In this document: piece after piece, positions 1-13,279 of the stretch | Layout: each line of letters opens with the position of its first letter | How positions within the stretch are numbered: position 1 is the first letter of the stretch | Assembly: GCA_004431415.1 (NCBI GenBank) | Contig: QPMI01000207.1 | Span: 1-64,000, forward strand | Length of the DNA: 64,000 nucleotides | Origin: Cyanophora paradoxa CCMP329 | Taxonomy: Eukaryota > Plantae > Glaucophyta | Reading direction: 5' to 3' | Program-made: the position numbers and the translations under genes | Notes under the pieces: generated by a model | Databases searched by the model: none | Told to the model about the DNA's origin: nothing | The model's input: only the letters and a program-made list of their open reading frames with translations

Positions 1-1379
1 CCCGGCCTCTTCCACATGGCCCGCGACGGCGCCGACCTCAGCCGCGGCCGCAGGCGCGCACGCCGGCCAGCGCGCCGGCGCGGGGCGCGGGGCGGCTGAG
101 CGGGGGAGGCGGGCAGGTACCTGGAGGCGGAGCCGTTCTACAACGGGCGGGCGCTGGTGCGGCTCCAGACGGCGAGCGCGCGTGGTGACGAGGCCGGCGA
201 GATCGCCGCCCGCCTCCCCGCTCCGCCCCGAGCTCCGCGCCGCCTCCACGCCTCGCCCTCTCCCACTGGCCGCGCGCCCGCCCCCGGCCATGCCGCCGGC
301 GGGAGGCGAGGGGCGCGCAGGGCGCTGGCGCTGAAGCTGGTGCTGGAGCTGGGGTACCTGGACGGCCCGGAGGCGCGCGAGGCGCTCCCCGCGGAGAGCG
401 CCGCCGCCCTGCGCGCCGCCCTCCTCGAGATGGGCCTCGCCGGCCCCGAGGGCGCCCCACGCCCCTCGGCGCCGCCCTCGCCCCGGGCGGCGACCCCGTC
501 GCCCGCGCCCGCGCCGCCTACTGGCTCGGCCCCCAGGCCCGCCCGCCCCGCCGCCCACGCCGCCATCCCCGCCCGTCACCCGGCCCTCGCAGCTGGCGCC
601 CTGGCTGGAGGGGCGGCGCGGCTGCGGGCCCCGGCGGCCCGCCCGCGGCTTCTTCGAGGCGGCCGCCGAGGACCCCGCCACGCAGTCCCTGGCCCGCGCC
701 GCACCCTTCCCCACCCGCCCCGCCCGCGCTGACGGGCGCAGGTGGCCGAGGTGCTGGAGGGGTACGCGGAGGAGGACTGGGCGGGGGCGTGCGGGGGCGG
801 GGAGCCGGCGGTGGACCTGCGCGGCTTCGCGCGCGCCGTCGACGTGGGCGGGGGCACGGGGGCGCTCCTGCGCGAGGCCCGCCGCGCCCTCGGCCCCGCC
901 TGCCCCGCCTCCCTCGTCCTCCTCGAGTCCCCCGCGGGGGCCGCCGCCGCCGCCGCCCTGCGGCCCCTCGCGGCGGAGGGCATCGCCCTCGCCGTCGGCG
1001 ACCTCTTCGACGGGGCGAGCATCCCGCCGCTCGCCCCGGGGCCGGCGCCGGGGCCCCACCGCCTTCCTCCTCGCCCGCGTCCTCCACGACTGGCCCGACC
1101 GCGACGCAGCGCGCGCCCTCCGCGCCGTCGCCCAGGCCGCGGCCCGCGCCGGCCCGGCTCCCGCCTCTACGTGCTCGAGCGCGAGGCCTCCCCCGCGGCC
1201 CCGCACGGGCTCCTCTCCTCAACATGCGCCTCGCCACCGGCGGCCGCGAGCGCTCCCGCGCCGAGTGGCTCGCCCTGTTCGCCGGCGGCGGCTGGCGCCC
1301 GTGCGGGGCGCGCCTGGGGCCGGCCCGCCACGCCGGCCACTCCGTCTTCGCCCTCGAGCCCGCCCCGCTCCTCGCGTGA
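1..1379 (+). CDS. SAM-dependent O-methyltransferase (Methyltransf_2-like), 5'-partial, intron-containing
   Basis: Motifs VDVGGGTGALL, VGDLFD, FLLARVLHDWPD, NMRLATGGRERSRAEWLALFAGGGW; GC-AG intron 54-116; a few single-base frame breaks in C/G runs. Confidence 0.8.
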
Positions 1380-1495
1380 GCGCCCGCGCCCGGCGAGCGC
1401 TGCTCCGCGATATCGATCGAGATAGTACAAGCAAACACCCTCTACCCTGGTCTGAGTGCTATTGAAACTGCGATGCCGGCCTCCGGTCCCGCGCT

Positions 1496-4400
1496 TTACC
1501 ACTGAAAGTCGTCGTCGCTCCGACCACCTCCTCCGGATCCGCCGTACCCCCCGCGTCCCCCGTACCCGCCTCGCCGCTCTCCGCCGTAACTGTCCCGGCG
1601 CTCGCCACCGTAGCCGCCGCGCCGCTCGCCGCCGTAACCGCCGCGCCGCTCGCCACCGTAGCCGCCACGCCGCTCGCCGCCGTAGCCCCCGCGCCGGTCA
1701 TCGCCGTACCCGCCGCGCCGCTCGCCGCCGTACCCGCCGCGCCTGTCATCGCTGTAACCGCCGCGCCGATCATCGCCGTAACTGCCGCGCCGCTCGCCAC
1801 CGTAGCCGCCGCGCGCTCGCCGCCGTACCCGCCGCGCCGCTCGCCGCCGTAGCCGCCGCGCCGCTCGCCGCCGTACCCGCCGCGCCGGTCATCGCCGTAG
1901 CCGCCGCGGCGCTCGCCGCGGAAGGGGCCGCGGGAGGAGCTGCCGTCGCGGTCGTCGAAGCGCCGGGGCCGCCGCCGCCGGAGCGGGGGAGCCCTGGAAG
2001 CGGCGGGCGCCGGTCTCGTTGAAGCGGCGGAGGTCGTCGGCGGTCGGGCGCCGCTCCCGCTCGAAGACGGCCAGCGTCTCGATGCTGTCCGTCCCGGGGA
2101 AGAACACGAAGCCCTGCGCGAGCGTCGGCTGCCGGCGCGGGGGCGGGGGCGGGCCGGGGGGCGGGAGGGGCGGCGCACGGAGGCGCGGACGGGGCGCCAG
2201 CCGAGGGTGGCGAGGAGGGCGGTGTCGCGGGCGAGGGACTCGAAGCCGCAGGAGACGTAGACGAGGCGGCGCAGGCTCCGGCTCACCCCGATCTCCCGGA
2301 TGAGGGGCCGGTCCAGGCCCCGCCGCGGCGGGTCCACGATCGCCACGTCCGCGCTGCCCCCGGGGCGCCTCAGCGGGGCCGGGCGGGCGGGCGGGCGGGC
2401 GCGGGCGCGGGCGCGGGGCGGACTCCTCGAGGAGGGCCCCGAGCCGGCGGCGTCGGCGACGTGGAACTCGATGCGGCCGGCGGCGTCCCGCCCGAGCGCC
2501 TCCCGGCTCCGCTCGAAGGCGTACTGGGCGCCCGGGTTGCTCTCGCAGCAGCGCACCCACTCGGCCCGCCCCGCCGCGCAGAGGCCCAGCCCGATGACGC
2601 CGACGCCGGCGTAGAACTGGCCGGGGCGGCGTCGGCGGGCCGCGAGGCTCGTGGCGGGGGAGGGGCCGGGGGCGGACCTCGGCGACGCGGGAGCCGGGGG
2701 GGACCTCGCGGTGCAGGGCCCCCAGCATCCGCTCGAAGAGGTCCAGGTTCGCCTGCCCGAAGCTGCCCCCGCGTCACCCCCGGCCCCGCCCCGGCCCCGG
2801 CGCGCCCCACGAGCCCAGCGCGCCCGAGTGTGATCCCAGCTAAGGGGCGCCGGCGGGTGGCGGCCGCCGGCGCCCAAAGACGAGGGGCGGGCCTCGCGCC
2901 CTCGCTCTCCGGCCCGCTTCATCGGGCCGGCGCCCACGGGGCGGCCCCGTCCCGTCCATGGCGCCGGGCGCAGAAAGGGGCCGGGGGGAGGGCGGGAGGG
3001 GGCGCGGGGGGACCTGGAGGGGGTGAAGCAGACGCGGGCGCCGGCGATCTCCTCCCAGAGGTCGACGGGGCCCCAGACGTGGTGCCACTTGCGCCCGAGG
3101 ATCGTGTTCCCCGAGGAGGTCTGGCAGTTCACCCACACCGAGTGCAGCAGCGCCGTCTGCGCCCCGCCCCGCCTCAGCCCCCGCCGCCGGCGCCGGGCGG
3201 GGCGGGGCCGGGCGGGCGGGCCTGGTGCTCCTTGGAGCGGGCGACGAGCCAGTCGACGAGGTCGGGGAGCTGGCCCGTCTTCGCCGCCGCCCGGTAGTCC
3301 CGCGCGTTCCACACCAGCGAGAGCTGCACCGCCCCCGTCGCCCGCTCCACCACGCACTGCACGTACCGCAGGTCCCCGCTCCCGCTGTCCCGGCATCAGC
3401 GGCGGCGGGGCGCGGGGGCGGCGGGGCGGCGGCGCGCGCACTCTTCCTCGTCGTAGGGGCGGATGCCGAAGAGGGCGGCGCCCTCGGCGACGAGCTCCGC
3501 GACGGCGTTCACGGCGGGGTGGTGGATGCGGCACTCCGGGATCGACACCGCCTGCGCCCCGCGCGCCGCCTCGGCCGGCGCCCCGCCGCGCGCCGCGGGG
3601 CGCGCGGAGGCGCACCTCGTGCGAGCCGGCGCGGAAGAGGCCGAGGATGAGCTCGTCGGTCTCGGGGTCTGCCCGCACCGCCAGCCGCGCCCGCACGCGC
3701 CAGTTCCACACGGGGCCGCCCCACCTGAGCCGCCCCGTGAGCCGCCCGGGGCGGGCGGAAGCGAGGCGCCGGGAGGGGGCGGACACTGGGAACTTGTCGA
3801 CGCCGCGCTCCTGGAAGAAGCGGCGGGCGTCGCGGGCGATCGGGGGCTGGTTCAGGTCGAGGTCGAGGGTGCAGCCGGAGCACTCGCCGTAGTGCGCGCA
3901 GCGCAGGCTCTCGTCCTCCGGCGCGTCCTCCACCACGAGCCCCCGCCGCGTCCGCGGCGTCCTCGCCACGATCCGCTCCTTCGGGTAGTACCCGCGCGCA
4001 CCCGCCTCGCCCCGCGCCAGGGGCCGCTCAGCGGCGCCCGGTGAATCCGAGCGCTCGGTGGCCAGTCTCTGAGACGGGATCTCCGCGGTGAGCGCGGGTT
4101 GGCAAAGCCTCGGCGAAAAGCGCGCACCCTCACGCGGGTCAGCAGGATGCGGGGGCTGGCAGATTGCAACTTCGCCTCCGTGCTCAAGTCGTCGACCGGC
4201 GTCGAGGCGGTCTTGTCCGACTCAAAGCGCATCGATTGTGCGTCAAGGCAATGCTCTCCGGCGGCCTCCTCCCCCTCATCGGGCTCCCGGGCGGATGAAG
4301 GAAGAGGAGCGGGCGAGTCTCCGTCGGCTGGGGCGGCGTCCGATGCCCAGTTCTCGTCTTCCGTGTGCGAAGAGCCACAAGCGCTGTCCGCATCCGGCTC

Positions 4401-4778
4401 CGCGCTCTTGGAGACGGGGGAGCGGGTGGGAGCTGCTGAGTGTTCGAGATCAGCGCCATCTTCGGCCGCGCAGCGGGTCAGAGCGAGCTGCCGCTGTTGC
4501 GGGAAATGCTGGTGGCTCCGTGCAATGAGGAACTGGCGACCGGGCTGGAAAAATCGGCTGCCAAGCTGTGTGGATCTTCTGGGAGCGACTGCCGCACGGG
4601 GGCGCGGGCGCGCCTGATACGCGCATTCCGCATTTGCGCGCGCTAGCTGCCAAAGGCCGCAGACTCCGAGTCCCTGCCCGCCGCGCGACACGATCTGGCC
4701 GGAAGCGACGGGCGGGGAGGAGCTCGGGGCCCTCGCCGCCGCGCACGCAAACGTAATTACGCGCCCGCTGCCGTCCAT
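1496..4778 (-). CDS. RNA m5U methyltransferase (RlmD/TrmA family) with organellar-targeting-like N-terminus and Gly/Arg/Tyr-rich C-tail
   Basis: [10 protein letters not shown] (4Fe-4S motif), [41 protein letters not shown] (catalytic Cys), [11 protein letters not shown]; tail ends GRSDDDFQW* at 1496; start inferred. Confidence 0.85.
1540..1920 (-). repeat. Coding tandem repeat, 24-bp unit (GGYGGERR / GGYGDDRR)
   Basis: Repeated cgccgcgccgctcgccgccgta units on the + strand. Confidence 0.9.
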
Positions 4779-5152
4779 CGCCCCGGCCAGCTCGATCGGC
4801 AAACGGTACCACGCCTGCACACTTGTACTCCCCTCGCCTTCCTTCCCCCACTTTGCCAAGTTGTTGAGCATGTGAGCGAGCCGCGCATGCATGCGGCGCG
4901 CGAGTTCGAGGCGGGCCCGACATGTACAGCGGCGCCAGTCCTCGGGGCGGCTTGCGTCGGCGGTCGGGGCCGGCCGCTACAGCTAGCGCTGGCCGGCGCC
5001 GTCCTGCATGACCATGCATATATATGGGGGCGGCCCGCGGCGGGCTCAGAAATCGAAGCTCGCTACGATCATGAAGCGCGCTGCATTTGAAACCGATTAG
5101 ACGGGCTCCTACACTAAGATCTAGATCTAAGCTACCCAGCGCCCGCGTCCGC

Positions 5153-6141
5153 TCAGAAGGATGGCCCGTCTGAGGGCGAGATGTCGACTCAGACGGGCGA
5201 CGGGGGGAGCGAGGCAGGGGCCGGGGTCCGGGACTGGCCGCACCGTCGTCGCCGCCGCGGTCGTCGTCGTCGGCGTCCTCGCCCGTCTCGAAGTACGACG
5301 CGGTGTAGTCGTTCGCCTCGTCCTCCTCCTCCTCCTCCTGCGCCGCCTCCTCCGCCTCCGCCGGCCCCTCCCCGCCCTCCTCGTCCTTCTTCTTCTTCGC
5401 CCCGTCCTCCGTATCCTCGTTCTCCTCCTCCTTCTCCAGCGCCGCGAACGCGTCCAAGTTGATCGCCCGGCCTGCGCGTCGCGCGTGGGCGGCGGCGCTT
5501 GCCAGCGGCGTGGCGAAGCAGCGCACCTGCTGCCTCGTTCGGCCGACCAGCTGCAAACCGGACAGATTAGCGCATGTATCTGAAGAAGCGCGATTGGTAT
5601 GCTTACGTCGTGGTGGCTTTGTCGAGAGGAGCTCCGAGGGGAAGTAATTCGCGGCGTGCTTCACACAGCTCGTCAACGTCGGCTGGTGCGCAGCCTTCGC
5701 CTGCAGATACAGATCCGAGTAGCGCTCCACGTCGCCTGCGCGAGGCGCGTGTCGGCCTTGGGCGGGGCGCGCGGTGGGCGATCCCGAAGCGAAGGGCTCC
5801 ACCTCGTCGAACGTGCGGCTCCACGCGCTTGAGGTAGTACGGCGAGGAGCGCACGCGCTCGCGCAATCTCCGCCATCGAGCAAGCACGTCTGCTTGATCG
5901 AAACCGAGCGGGGGAGGCGAGGGAGGCCGCTCGAGCGGCTGTCGCGGGATCAGAGAGCGACGCGCCCGGATCGCACGTCTCGCGGCCAACGCACCGGGTA
6001 GAGCGGTGGCGGCTCTCCGGGCTTGTTCGGATCTGGTTTAGGCCCGGCGGGGACACCCGTGGAGGGACCGCCGCGCCCGAAGCCGCCGCGCCCGCCTCCG
6101 CCTCCCCGCCAGCCTCCTCCCCCTCCTCCTCGCCAGGACAT
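5153..6141 (-). CDS. POLR3G: RNA polymerase III subunit RPC7/C31
   Basis: RGG-rich start, PPPLYP, VRSSPYY, DVERYSDLY, YFPSELL, acidic tail with NDYTASYFETGED. Confidence 0.88.
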
Positions 6142-6277
6142 GCTCGCAAGCTCAAGCCCGCTTCCTTGCTAGCTCGTCTTCTATCGACTGTACCCCCCTC
6201 CCACCAGGTCAAGTTGGTCAACTACAGCCTGCATCGCTGCCCCCGGTGGCTGTATCGCACAGGAACGTACCCGTGCG

Positions 6278-8585
6278 ATGGAGTGCGGCTTCGCGGCCGT
6301 GCCTCTGCCGACCGCGCGGCGCTCGGGCGCACCCGAGCTTGCCGCTGGCTTTAGCTATGGTGGCGGAGCGCTCCTGCAGCACATTCGGCACCGGTTGCAC
6401 CGCCCCGCTCTGCCCGCTAGGTCAAGTAGATCCCGGCCAAAGTTCACGGCAGTGCAAGCCTCGAGCCGCCCGGCCAGTGTGGCAAGACGAAGGCGTGTTG
6501 TCATAGTCGGAGCGGGAGTCGGCGGGCTTGCGACTGCGACGCGGCTAGCTCGAACAGGACTGTTCGACGTCGAGGTTTTCGAGCGGAGCGCTGTCGCGGG
6601 CGGGCGCGTGGAGGTGATCGAGGACGAGGCGACGGGCGTCCGGCACGACGGCGGGGCATCGCTCTTCCTCATGCCTCAGGTCGGCCCGGGCCTCGTCCCA
6701 CGCGTCGCTTTTCTCATGCCGCGCCGTACGCGTCGTGCACGTGCCAGGTCTACCGCCAGTTCTTCGAGGTCGGCCCGGGCCTCTTCCGCGCAGACCCGCG
6801 CCTCTCGCGCGCCGACGCCCTCGCCAGGACGTCGGGGAGAAGCTGGAGGACCACCTGGAGCTCACGCGCGTCGACCCCGCCTACACCGTCCGCGCGCCCC
6901 GCACCCGCCTTTGCAGCACGCCCCCGCGCGCGCCGAGCGAGCCGGCCGCGCCGCAGGTGTTCCTCGGGGACGAGGAGGGCGCCACGGAGACGCGGGTGGA
7001 GCTGACGGCGGACGCGCTGCGGATGCGGGAGCAGCTGGAGGCGGTGGAGGAGGGGTCGTTCGCCGCGTACCTCCGCTGGCTCGAGCAGGCCGCCTTCTAC
7101 TTCGAGAACGGCATGCGCTTCTTCATCGAGGCGCCCGCCCGCCTCTCCCCCGCCCCGCCGGCGCCCGACCGCCCTCACCGCCGCGCAGCGCAACTTCTAC
7201 AGCCCTCTGGACTACCTCGCGGAGCCGCTCGCCAAGGTGCCCCCTCGCATCGCGCTCGCTTCTGCGCGGCCTCACGGGGCGGGGCAGCTGCGCATGGCGC
7301 TGCGGCTGAACCCGCTGCGGAGCCACGAGGCGGACCTGCGGCGGCTGGGGCTGAGGAGCCCGCTGGTGCGGGCGCTGCTCTCCTTCCAGGACCTCTACGT
7401 CGGCCTGGAGCCCGCCAGCGCCCCCTCCATCTTCTCCCTCCTCCCCTACACCGAGATCATCGACGGCGCGCCCCGCCCCCACCCCTTACCGCCTTCGGGC
7501 CTCGCGCGAGCGCCGCGCAGGCGTCTGGTACCCGCGCGGGGGCATGGGCGAGGTCTCCAGGGTACTGCTTCAGCTGGCGGAGCGGGCCGGAGCGCGCGTG
7601 AGCTTCGGGCGGCCGGTCCGCCGTCTAGTCCTTGAAGACTCCCGGTACCCCATTCCATCAATGTCCCCTTACCCCCGGCGCGCCTCACCGGGGTACAGCG
7701 TGACGGGTGTGGAGCTGGCGGACGGCACGTTCGAGCCGGCCGACCTGGTGCGCCGGTACCCCCTCCTCGGCCTTGCGCCCCGCCCACGGCTCGGGGGCAG
7801 GTGGTGTGCAACGCGGACCTCTCGACGGCGACGGAGCTGCTGCTGCCGCCGGCCGGCTCCCTCCCGCCCCGCGCCGAGCGCGAGCGCCGCCGCGTCCTGG
7901 CCATGGAGTGCGCGCCTGCCGCCGGCGCGAGGCGCGTCGCGCGGGCGGCTGATCAGGACCCGGCTGGGGGCGGGCGGGCGGCAGGTCGTGCAGCGGGGTG
8001 ATCTCGTTCTACTGGAGCGTGCGGGGCCCGCTAGGGCCCGTCTCGCAGCACTCCGTCTTCCTCGCGCGCGACAAGCCGGCCGCCTGGCGGCAGATCTTCC
8101 GCGCGCAGGGCGCCGAGCGCCTCGCGGACCCGCACTTCTACATGCACGCGCCCTCCGTGAGCGACCCGAGCTGCTGCGGGGCCGGCGGCGCCGTCCCCGT
8201 CATGGTCCTCGTCCCCGTGCCCCACATCAAGTCCGGGGGGGAGGACTGGGCGGCCGCCACGGAGCGGGCGCGCGAGGCGGTGCTGGCGCGCGTGGAGCAG
8301 GCCGGCGTCTTCTCGCGGGGCCAGCTCCTCTCGGAGGTGGCCCGCACGCCGGCCGACTGGGCGCGCGGCAAGGCCCTCCACCGCGGGGCCGTCTTCGGGC
8401 TGCGCCACGGCCTCTTCGAGCTCGGCTGGTTCCGCCCCGCCAACAAGCACCCCAGCGTGGGCGGGCTCTACTTCGTGGGGGCCTCCACGCACCCCGGCAA
8501 CGGCGTGCCCTTGGTTCTGATCAGCTCCCGCCTCGTCGTCCAGCGCCTCCTCCGCGACCTCGGCCTCGAGCAGCTCTCAAACTAG
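6278..8585 (+). CDS. crtI: CrtI-type phytoene desaturase family FAD oxidoreductase, putative plastid transit peptide
   Basis: VVIVGAGVGGL dinucleotide fold, DGGASLFLMP, SFQDLYVG, C-terminal GAVFGLRHGLFELGWFRP..GLYFVGASTHPGNGVPLVLIS signature. Confidence 0.85.
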
Positions 8586-8673
8586 CGCCGAATACAGTTA
8601 CACATTCACAGGCCTACGGAACCAACTAGCTAGAGCGGGGAGGCGGGGGCGGTGCGGGGCCGCCGGGCGACGA

Positions 8674-10803
8674 TCAGCGGGGCGGGGGCGGCGGGGCGTG
8701 CTGCCGGGCGAGGCGGACGACGTGGGGGTACACGAGCCTGTGGGCGTCCACCGCCCAGATGAAGTCCAGGTGGTCCCACTCTGCGGGGCGGGGCGGTGTG
8801 ACGGGGGCCGGCGGCGCCGGGGCGGGTGCGGGGCGCGCCGGGGACGTCGAAGTCGAAGACGACGCCGGGGAGCTCGGCCCGCGTCCGCGCCGCGTCCTCG
8901 GGGTCCGCCAGCCAGTCCCGCCCCCCCGTGAAGAACGCCAGGGGCACCGAGCGCGGCACCGCCCCCAGCGAGTAGGCCGGCGGGGAGAAGGCCCCGTACT
9001 TCTCCAGGTTCCCCTTCGCCCCGTAGTCGTACCGCTGGGCCCCGGCGGGGGCGGCGCTCGGAGGGGGCCCCGCGGCTGGCGCGGGTGAAGAAGGGGAGGC
9101 CCGGGGCGCACCTGGAAGAGGTTCGTCCGCACGGCCTGCGCAGCGCGGCAGCTCACAACTCGCGGATCTCAAAACCTCACAATCAGAGATGCCGGCGCAC
9201 CTGCGCCCAGTGCACCATGTTCTTCACGCTCTGCGGGGGCCGGGAGGCGGGGGCGATCAGAGCGCCGGAGCAATGGCGGGCGGGGGCGCGGACGGTGCCG
9301 GCGGGGCTGTGGGAGGCGTAGACGGGGACGCGCGTCTGGTTCAGCCCCGCCTCGTCGAACCCTGCCCGCCCCGCGCCCTCGAGCCGCCCCGGGGGGAGGC
9401 GTGCGGGGGAGGCGCGCACCGCAGATGAAGAAGAAGACCGACTCGCAGAAGCGCGGCTCGAAGGCGCAGATCTGGCCCCCGCCCGGGGTCGTCATCACGG
9501 TCAGCGAGCTCGAGGGCCCGTGAGACCCCGGCGGCGGGGGTCCAAATAGCAACCCCAGCCCGGCGGGTGCACCTGGGGGAAAAGACGCCGGATGAAGGCG
9601 TTCGAGGGTGCGAAGGCGCCCCGTCCGAAGAGGTTCCAGGCCGTGTCGACGTGCAGCCTCGCCAGCCTGCCCGCGCCGCCTCAGAGCCGCAGGGAGCGGT
9701 GCGGGGCGGGCGCGGGACGGGCGGACAGGTTCAGAAGAGGGGAGCGGGAGTGGCCTGCGTAGGCGACGGGCGCTAGAAGGGCGGCGAAGCTTATGGCTGC
9801 CGCGAGCTCGCCGTCGGCAGCCAGCGCGGCCAGCAGGATCGTCGCCCCCTGCGAGTGCCCTGCCCATGCCCCGCCACCGCTCGCTCCCGCCCGGCGCGCG
9901 GGCCGGGGCGCCGGCGGGCCCGGAGTCGAGGCGCACCGACGTAGGCGAGCTGGGGGGCGCCGGAGGCGCGCAGCACGTAGTCAATCGCCGCCGGCAGGTC
10001 CAGCAGCGCCATCTCTGCGCATGCCCGCCGCCCCGCCCCTCGCGGCCGGCGGCGACAAGCAGGAGTCGTTCTAGCGGCCGCGGCCGCGCACGCGCACCGT
10101 CCCAGGAGAAATCCCAGAGGCGCATGTCGTCGTGCCCGCGGGCTGCGTTGCCGTTCGCGTCGAAGGGGAGGTGGGCCCTGGAGTAGACATTCCCTCTCGA
10201 GTTTCCAAGCCACACGTCGAAGCCCGCATCGGCCAGGATGAAGGCCAGACTCTGATCAGCGAAGTTCTCCACCCTTCGGGGCGAGGGATATCGATAATCA
10301 GCGGATGAAGCTCAGACTAGTTAGACCGAGCAGCGGACCAGTGCGCGGAGCTACCGAGTAATCCGTGCTGTAAGAAAATTACAGGCCTGTTCCCTGGTTC
10401 GCCGGCCGCTGTGCCGGGGCGCTGGGCGCCATGGGGGATGCGCTGGAGCGAGAGAATGAAGCCATCCCGCGCCTCCGCGAGGTGCTCCTCTACAGGATAA
10501 CCTGCTTGCATTGTAATATGAGCGAACAATGATTGAGCCCCGCGTACGCATCCGCGCCGCACCCCGCGCGGAGATGAGCTCAGAGACTTCGGTCGGGTCA
10601 GGGGGGCAGTCGCGTACGCGGCGAGGATATGCGCGTATCTCACCATTTCTTCGCGCGTCTTCCTCTATATCCAGCGACCTGCCCGGGCTGCCCCATCGAA
10701 AGCCGGCGATATTCGACCAAAGGCCGTTCAGGTCAAAGCCCCGCGCCGCAGGCAGCAACAGCAACACAAAGAACACCAACACTCGCACGCGGTGCATCCG
10801 CAT
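8674..10803 (-). CDS. Secreted/lysosomal acid triacylglycerol lipase
   Basis: Signal peptide [15 protein letters not shown]; [52 protein letters not shown]. Confidence 0.92.
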
Positions 10804-11284
10804 CGCGTTGAGCGCCGATGAGCGCGCAATGAGCGGCCCCCCGGGGGGTACGGATCTTCGCGACGAGGCAAGGGCAATACACTTCGCTAGTGTACGCGAC
10901 AAAGCGTACGCCAGCGCGAGCGCGCTCAGAGATCCGACACCTTGATAGGCAGTCGAGGTGCCGCTCCAGTTTTTGGGAACCTTCCGGCGTCAGGTGAAGC
11001 GGGGCGGTCAGAGGGCAGGCGGATTGCTTCCAGAAGCATGCGCCGCAGCTTGTAGCACCGCTACCGCAGCCCAGCTTCCATAGCGCAGCGCAGCCTAGCG
11101 CATCGCACGCGGCCTTCATCGCGCAACGCCCTGAGCAACGCAACGAGTCAGATGGCAGAAGATGGCGAGCCCAATAAGGCCCCCGCGTTCGCCGCGGCTT
11201 TCTTGGGGATGCGTCCGCCGCCCCGTGCGGCCCCGGCCCTCGCTCCTCCCCGCTGTCTTCTTGGGTCCGCGCTCTGACCTGAAT

Positions 11285-13111
11285 ATGCCTCAGTCTTCGA
11301 TAGCCGGCTCTGCGAGGTGCCATGCCCCCTCCTCCCCGGCACCCAGATCGGTGCTCACCGCTCGCAGATCGTCCCGAAGCTGTTCCTGGGGTCGATGATG
11401 GCCGCGCGGTGCGCCGGCTTGGACCGGCGGCCGGCCCTGCGCCGGCGCCCCCTGCTGAGCTTGAGGCGCGCGCAGGCAGGAGGAGAAGATGAAGGCGGCG
11501 GGGGTGACGCACGTGCTGACGATCACGAAGCTGGCGAAGAAGCCCGAGTTTCCGAACGACTTCACGTACCTCGTCCTAGAAGAGGTGCGCCACACCCAGC
11601 AGCTGCGTCACCGTCACTTGTCCCTCTCACGCCGCCGCCAGGATGATAATGAGACTTCCGATTTGCTGTCAAAGCTGCCCCTCCTGATCCTCTTCATCGA
11701 GACGGCGCGCGCCTCGGGGGGTGCGCCGGCCGGCCCGCGGGGCAGGCTCTGGTGCGAGGGGCGGGGCGGCAGGGGTGCTGGTGCACTGCGCGATGGGGGT
11801 GAGCCGCAGTGGGGCGGTGGTCGTGGCGTACCTCATGGCCGCCTTCTCCATGTCCCGCGACGAGGCCCTCGCCCAGGTCCGCAAGGCCCGGCCCCAGGTC
11901 GAGCCCAACAGGTGCCCCCGCCCCCCGCGCCCCCGCCGCCCCCGCCTGAGCGGCGGGGCGCAGGGGCTTCATGCGGCAGCTGGCGGTGTTCCAGGCGATG
12001 GGCGCGCCCCGCAACTTCGACGCCCGCGAGTGCGCCCGCGCCCGCCTCGCCCTCCTCGCCTCCGAGCGCGCCGGTGCCGCCCCGCCCCGCCGGCCGCCTC
12101 TCGCGGGGGGCGCTCAACGGCGGGCAGCGGGCGGGGGTGTGGCGGTCTTTCGGGCGCAGCCGAGCGTGGTGACGCTGCACGAGCGCGGGCATGCCAAGCC
12201 CCTCCGCATCACCGGCGTGCCCCGCGCCGCCCCCTCCCGCCGCCCCCGCCCCGCCCCAGCACGACCCGGCGCAGCAGCAGCAGCAGCCGCCGCCGCCGCA
12301 GCCGCCGCCGCAGCCGCAGGCGAACGGGGGCGGGGCGGAGGGGCCGGGGGAGGAGGAGCCGGAGGTGAGGCGGCTGCGGGCGGCGGGGGCGGCGTGCGTG
12401 GGGGAGCTGGAGGAGAAGATCGCGCGGGCGGGGCGTGTGGCGGCGTACGTCGGCTCGGGCCTCGCGTGCCGGGCCTGCCGGCGGCCCCTCCTCCGCTCCC
12501 TCAACCTCCTCCCGCACCCGCTCCCGCACGCGCACCACGCGCACGAGGGCGAGGGGGCGCGGGCGGGGTGCGGGGAGGGGGAGTGCGGGGAGCGGGTGTG
12601 GCGGGCGGTGCTCTCGGAGGCGGCGCGCCGCGGAAGCGCCCCCTTCGAGGAGCTGCCCCACGCCCCCGTCCTCTTCCTCGCCCCCGACGGCGCCGTCCAC
12701 GCCTCCCGCGACCCCAGCGCCCCCGCCGCCCCCGCCGAGCCCACAGCCCCCGCCCCGCCCAGGCCCGCCCCTGCCCCCGACGTCTCCCTCCGGCCGCCCT
12801 CGCGCGTGCGCTGCCCCCGCCGCGCCCCCGGGTGGGGCCTGGCGGGGCGCTGAGCTCGGGGGCGGGGCGGGCAGTGCGCGTGCGCGGTGCCGCTGGGGCT
12901 GCACCCGACGCCCGCCTGCTCGGTGCACTTCGTGGAGCCGCTCGGGTGGATGGGGGACGTGGCCGCCGAGGAGGGCCACCTCGCGTGCCCGTGCGGCGCC
13001 CCGCTGGGGGCCTGGAGCTGGCGCGCGGGGCTGCCGTGCGCGTGCGGGGGCCACCTCGCGCCGGCCTTCGCCGTCCACCGCGAGGCCCTCGTCGAGGAGG
13101 CGCCCCTCTAG
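11285..13111 (+). CDS. DUSP12: Dual-specificity phosphatase with C-terminal Zn-binding domain (YVH1/DUSP12)
   Basis: VHCAMGVSRS active site, PN/GFMRQL, CRACRRPL, CSVHFVEPLGWM, CPCGAPLGAWSW, CACG. Confidence 0.88.
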
Positions 13112-13279
13112 CCCGCCCCGCATTCCCCCCGAGCCAGTGCTCGCCCCGCGCCACCCGCGCACTTTCAAGCGACACATTGCGCGAGGGCGAAACAGGAGGG
13201 AGGGCGTCGGAGAGGATCCTTGGAGCGGGGGCGTGGAGCTAGATCTGGAGGGGTAGGGCGGGGGGCGGCGGGGGGCACC

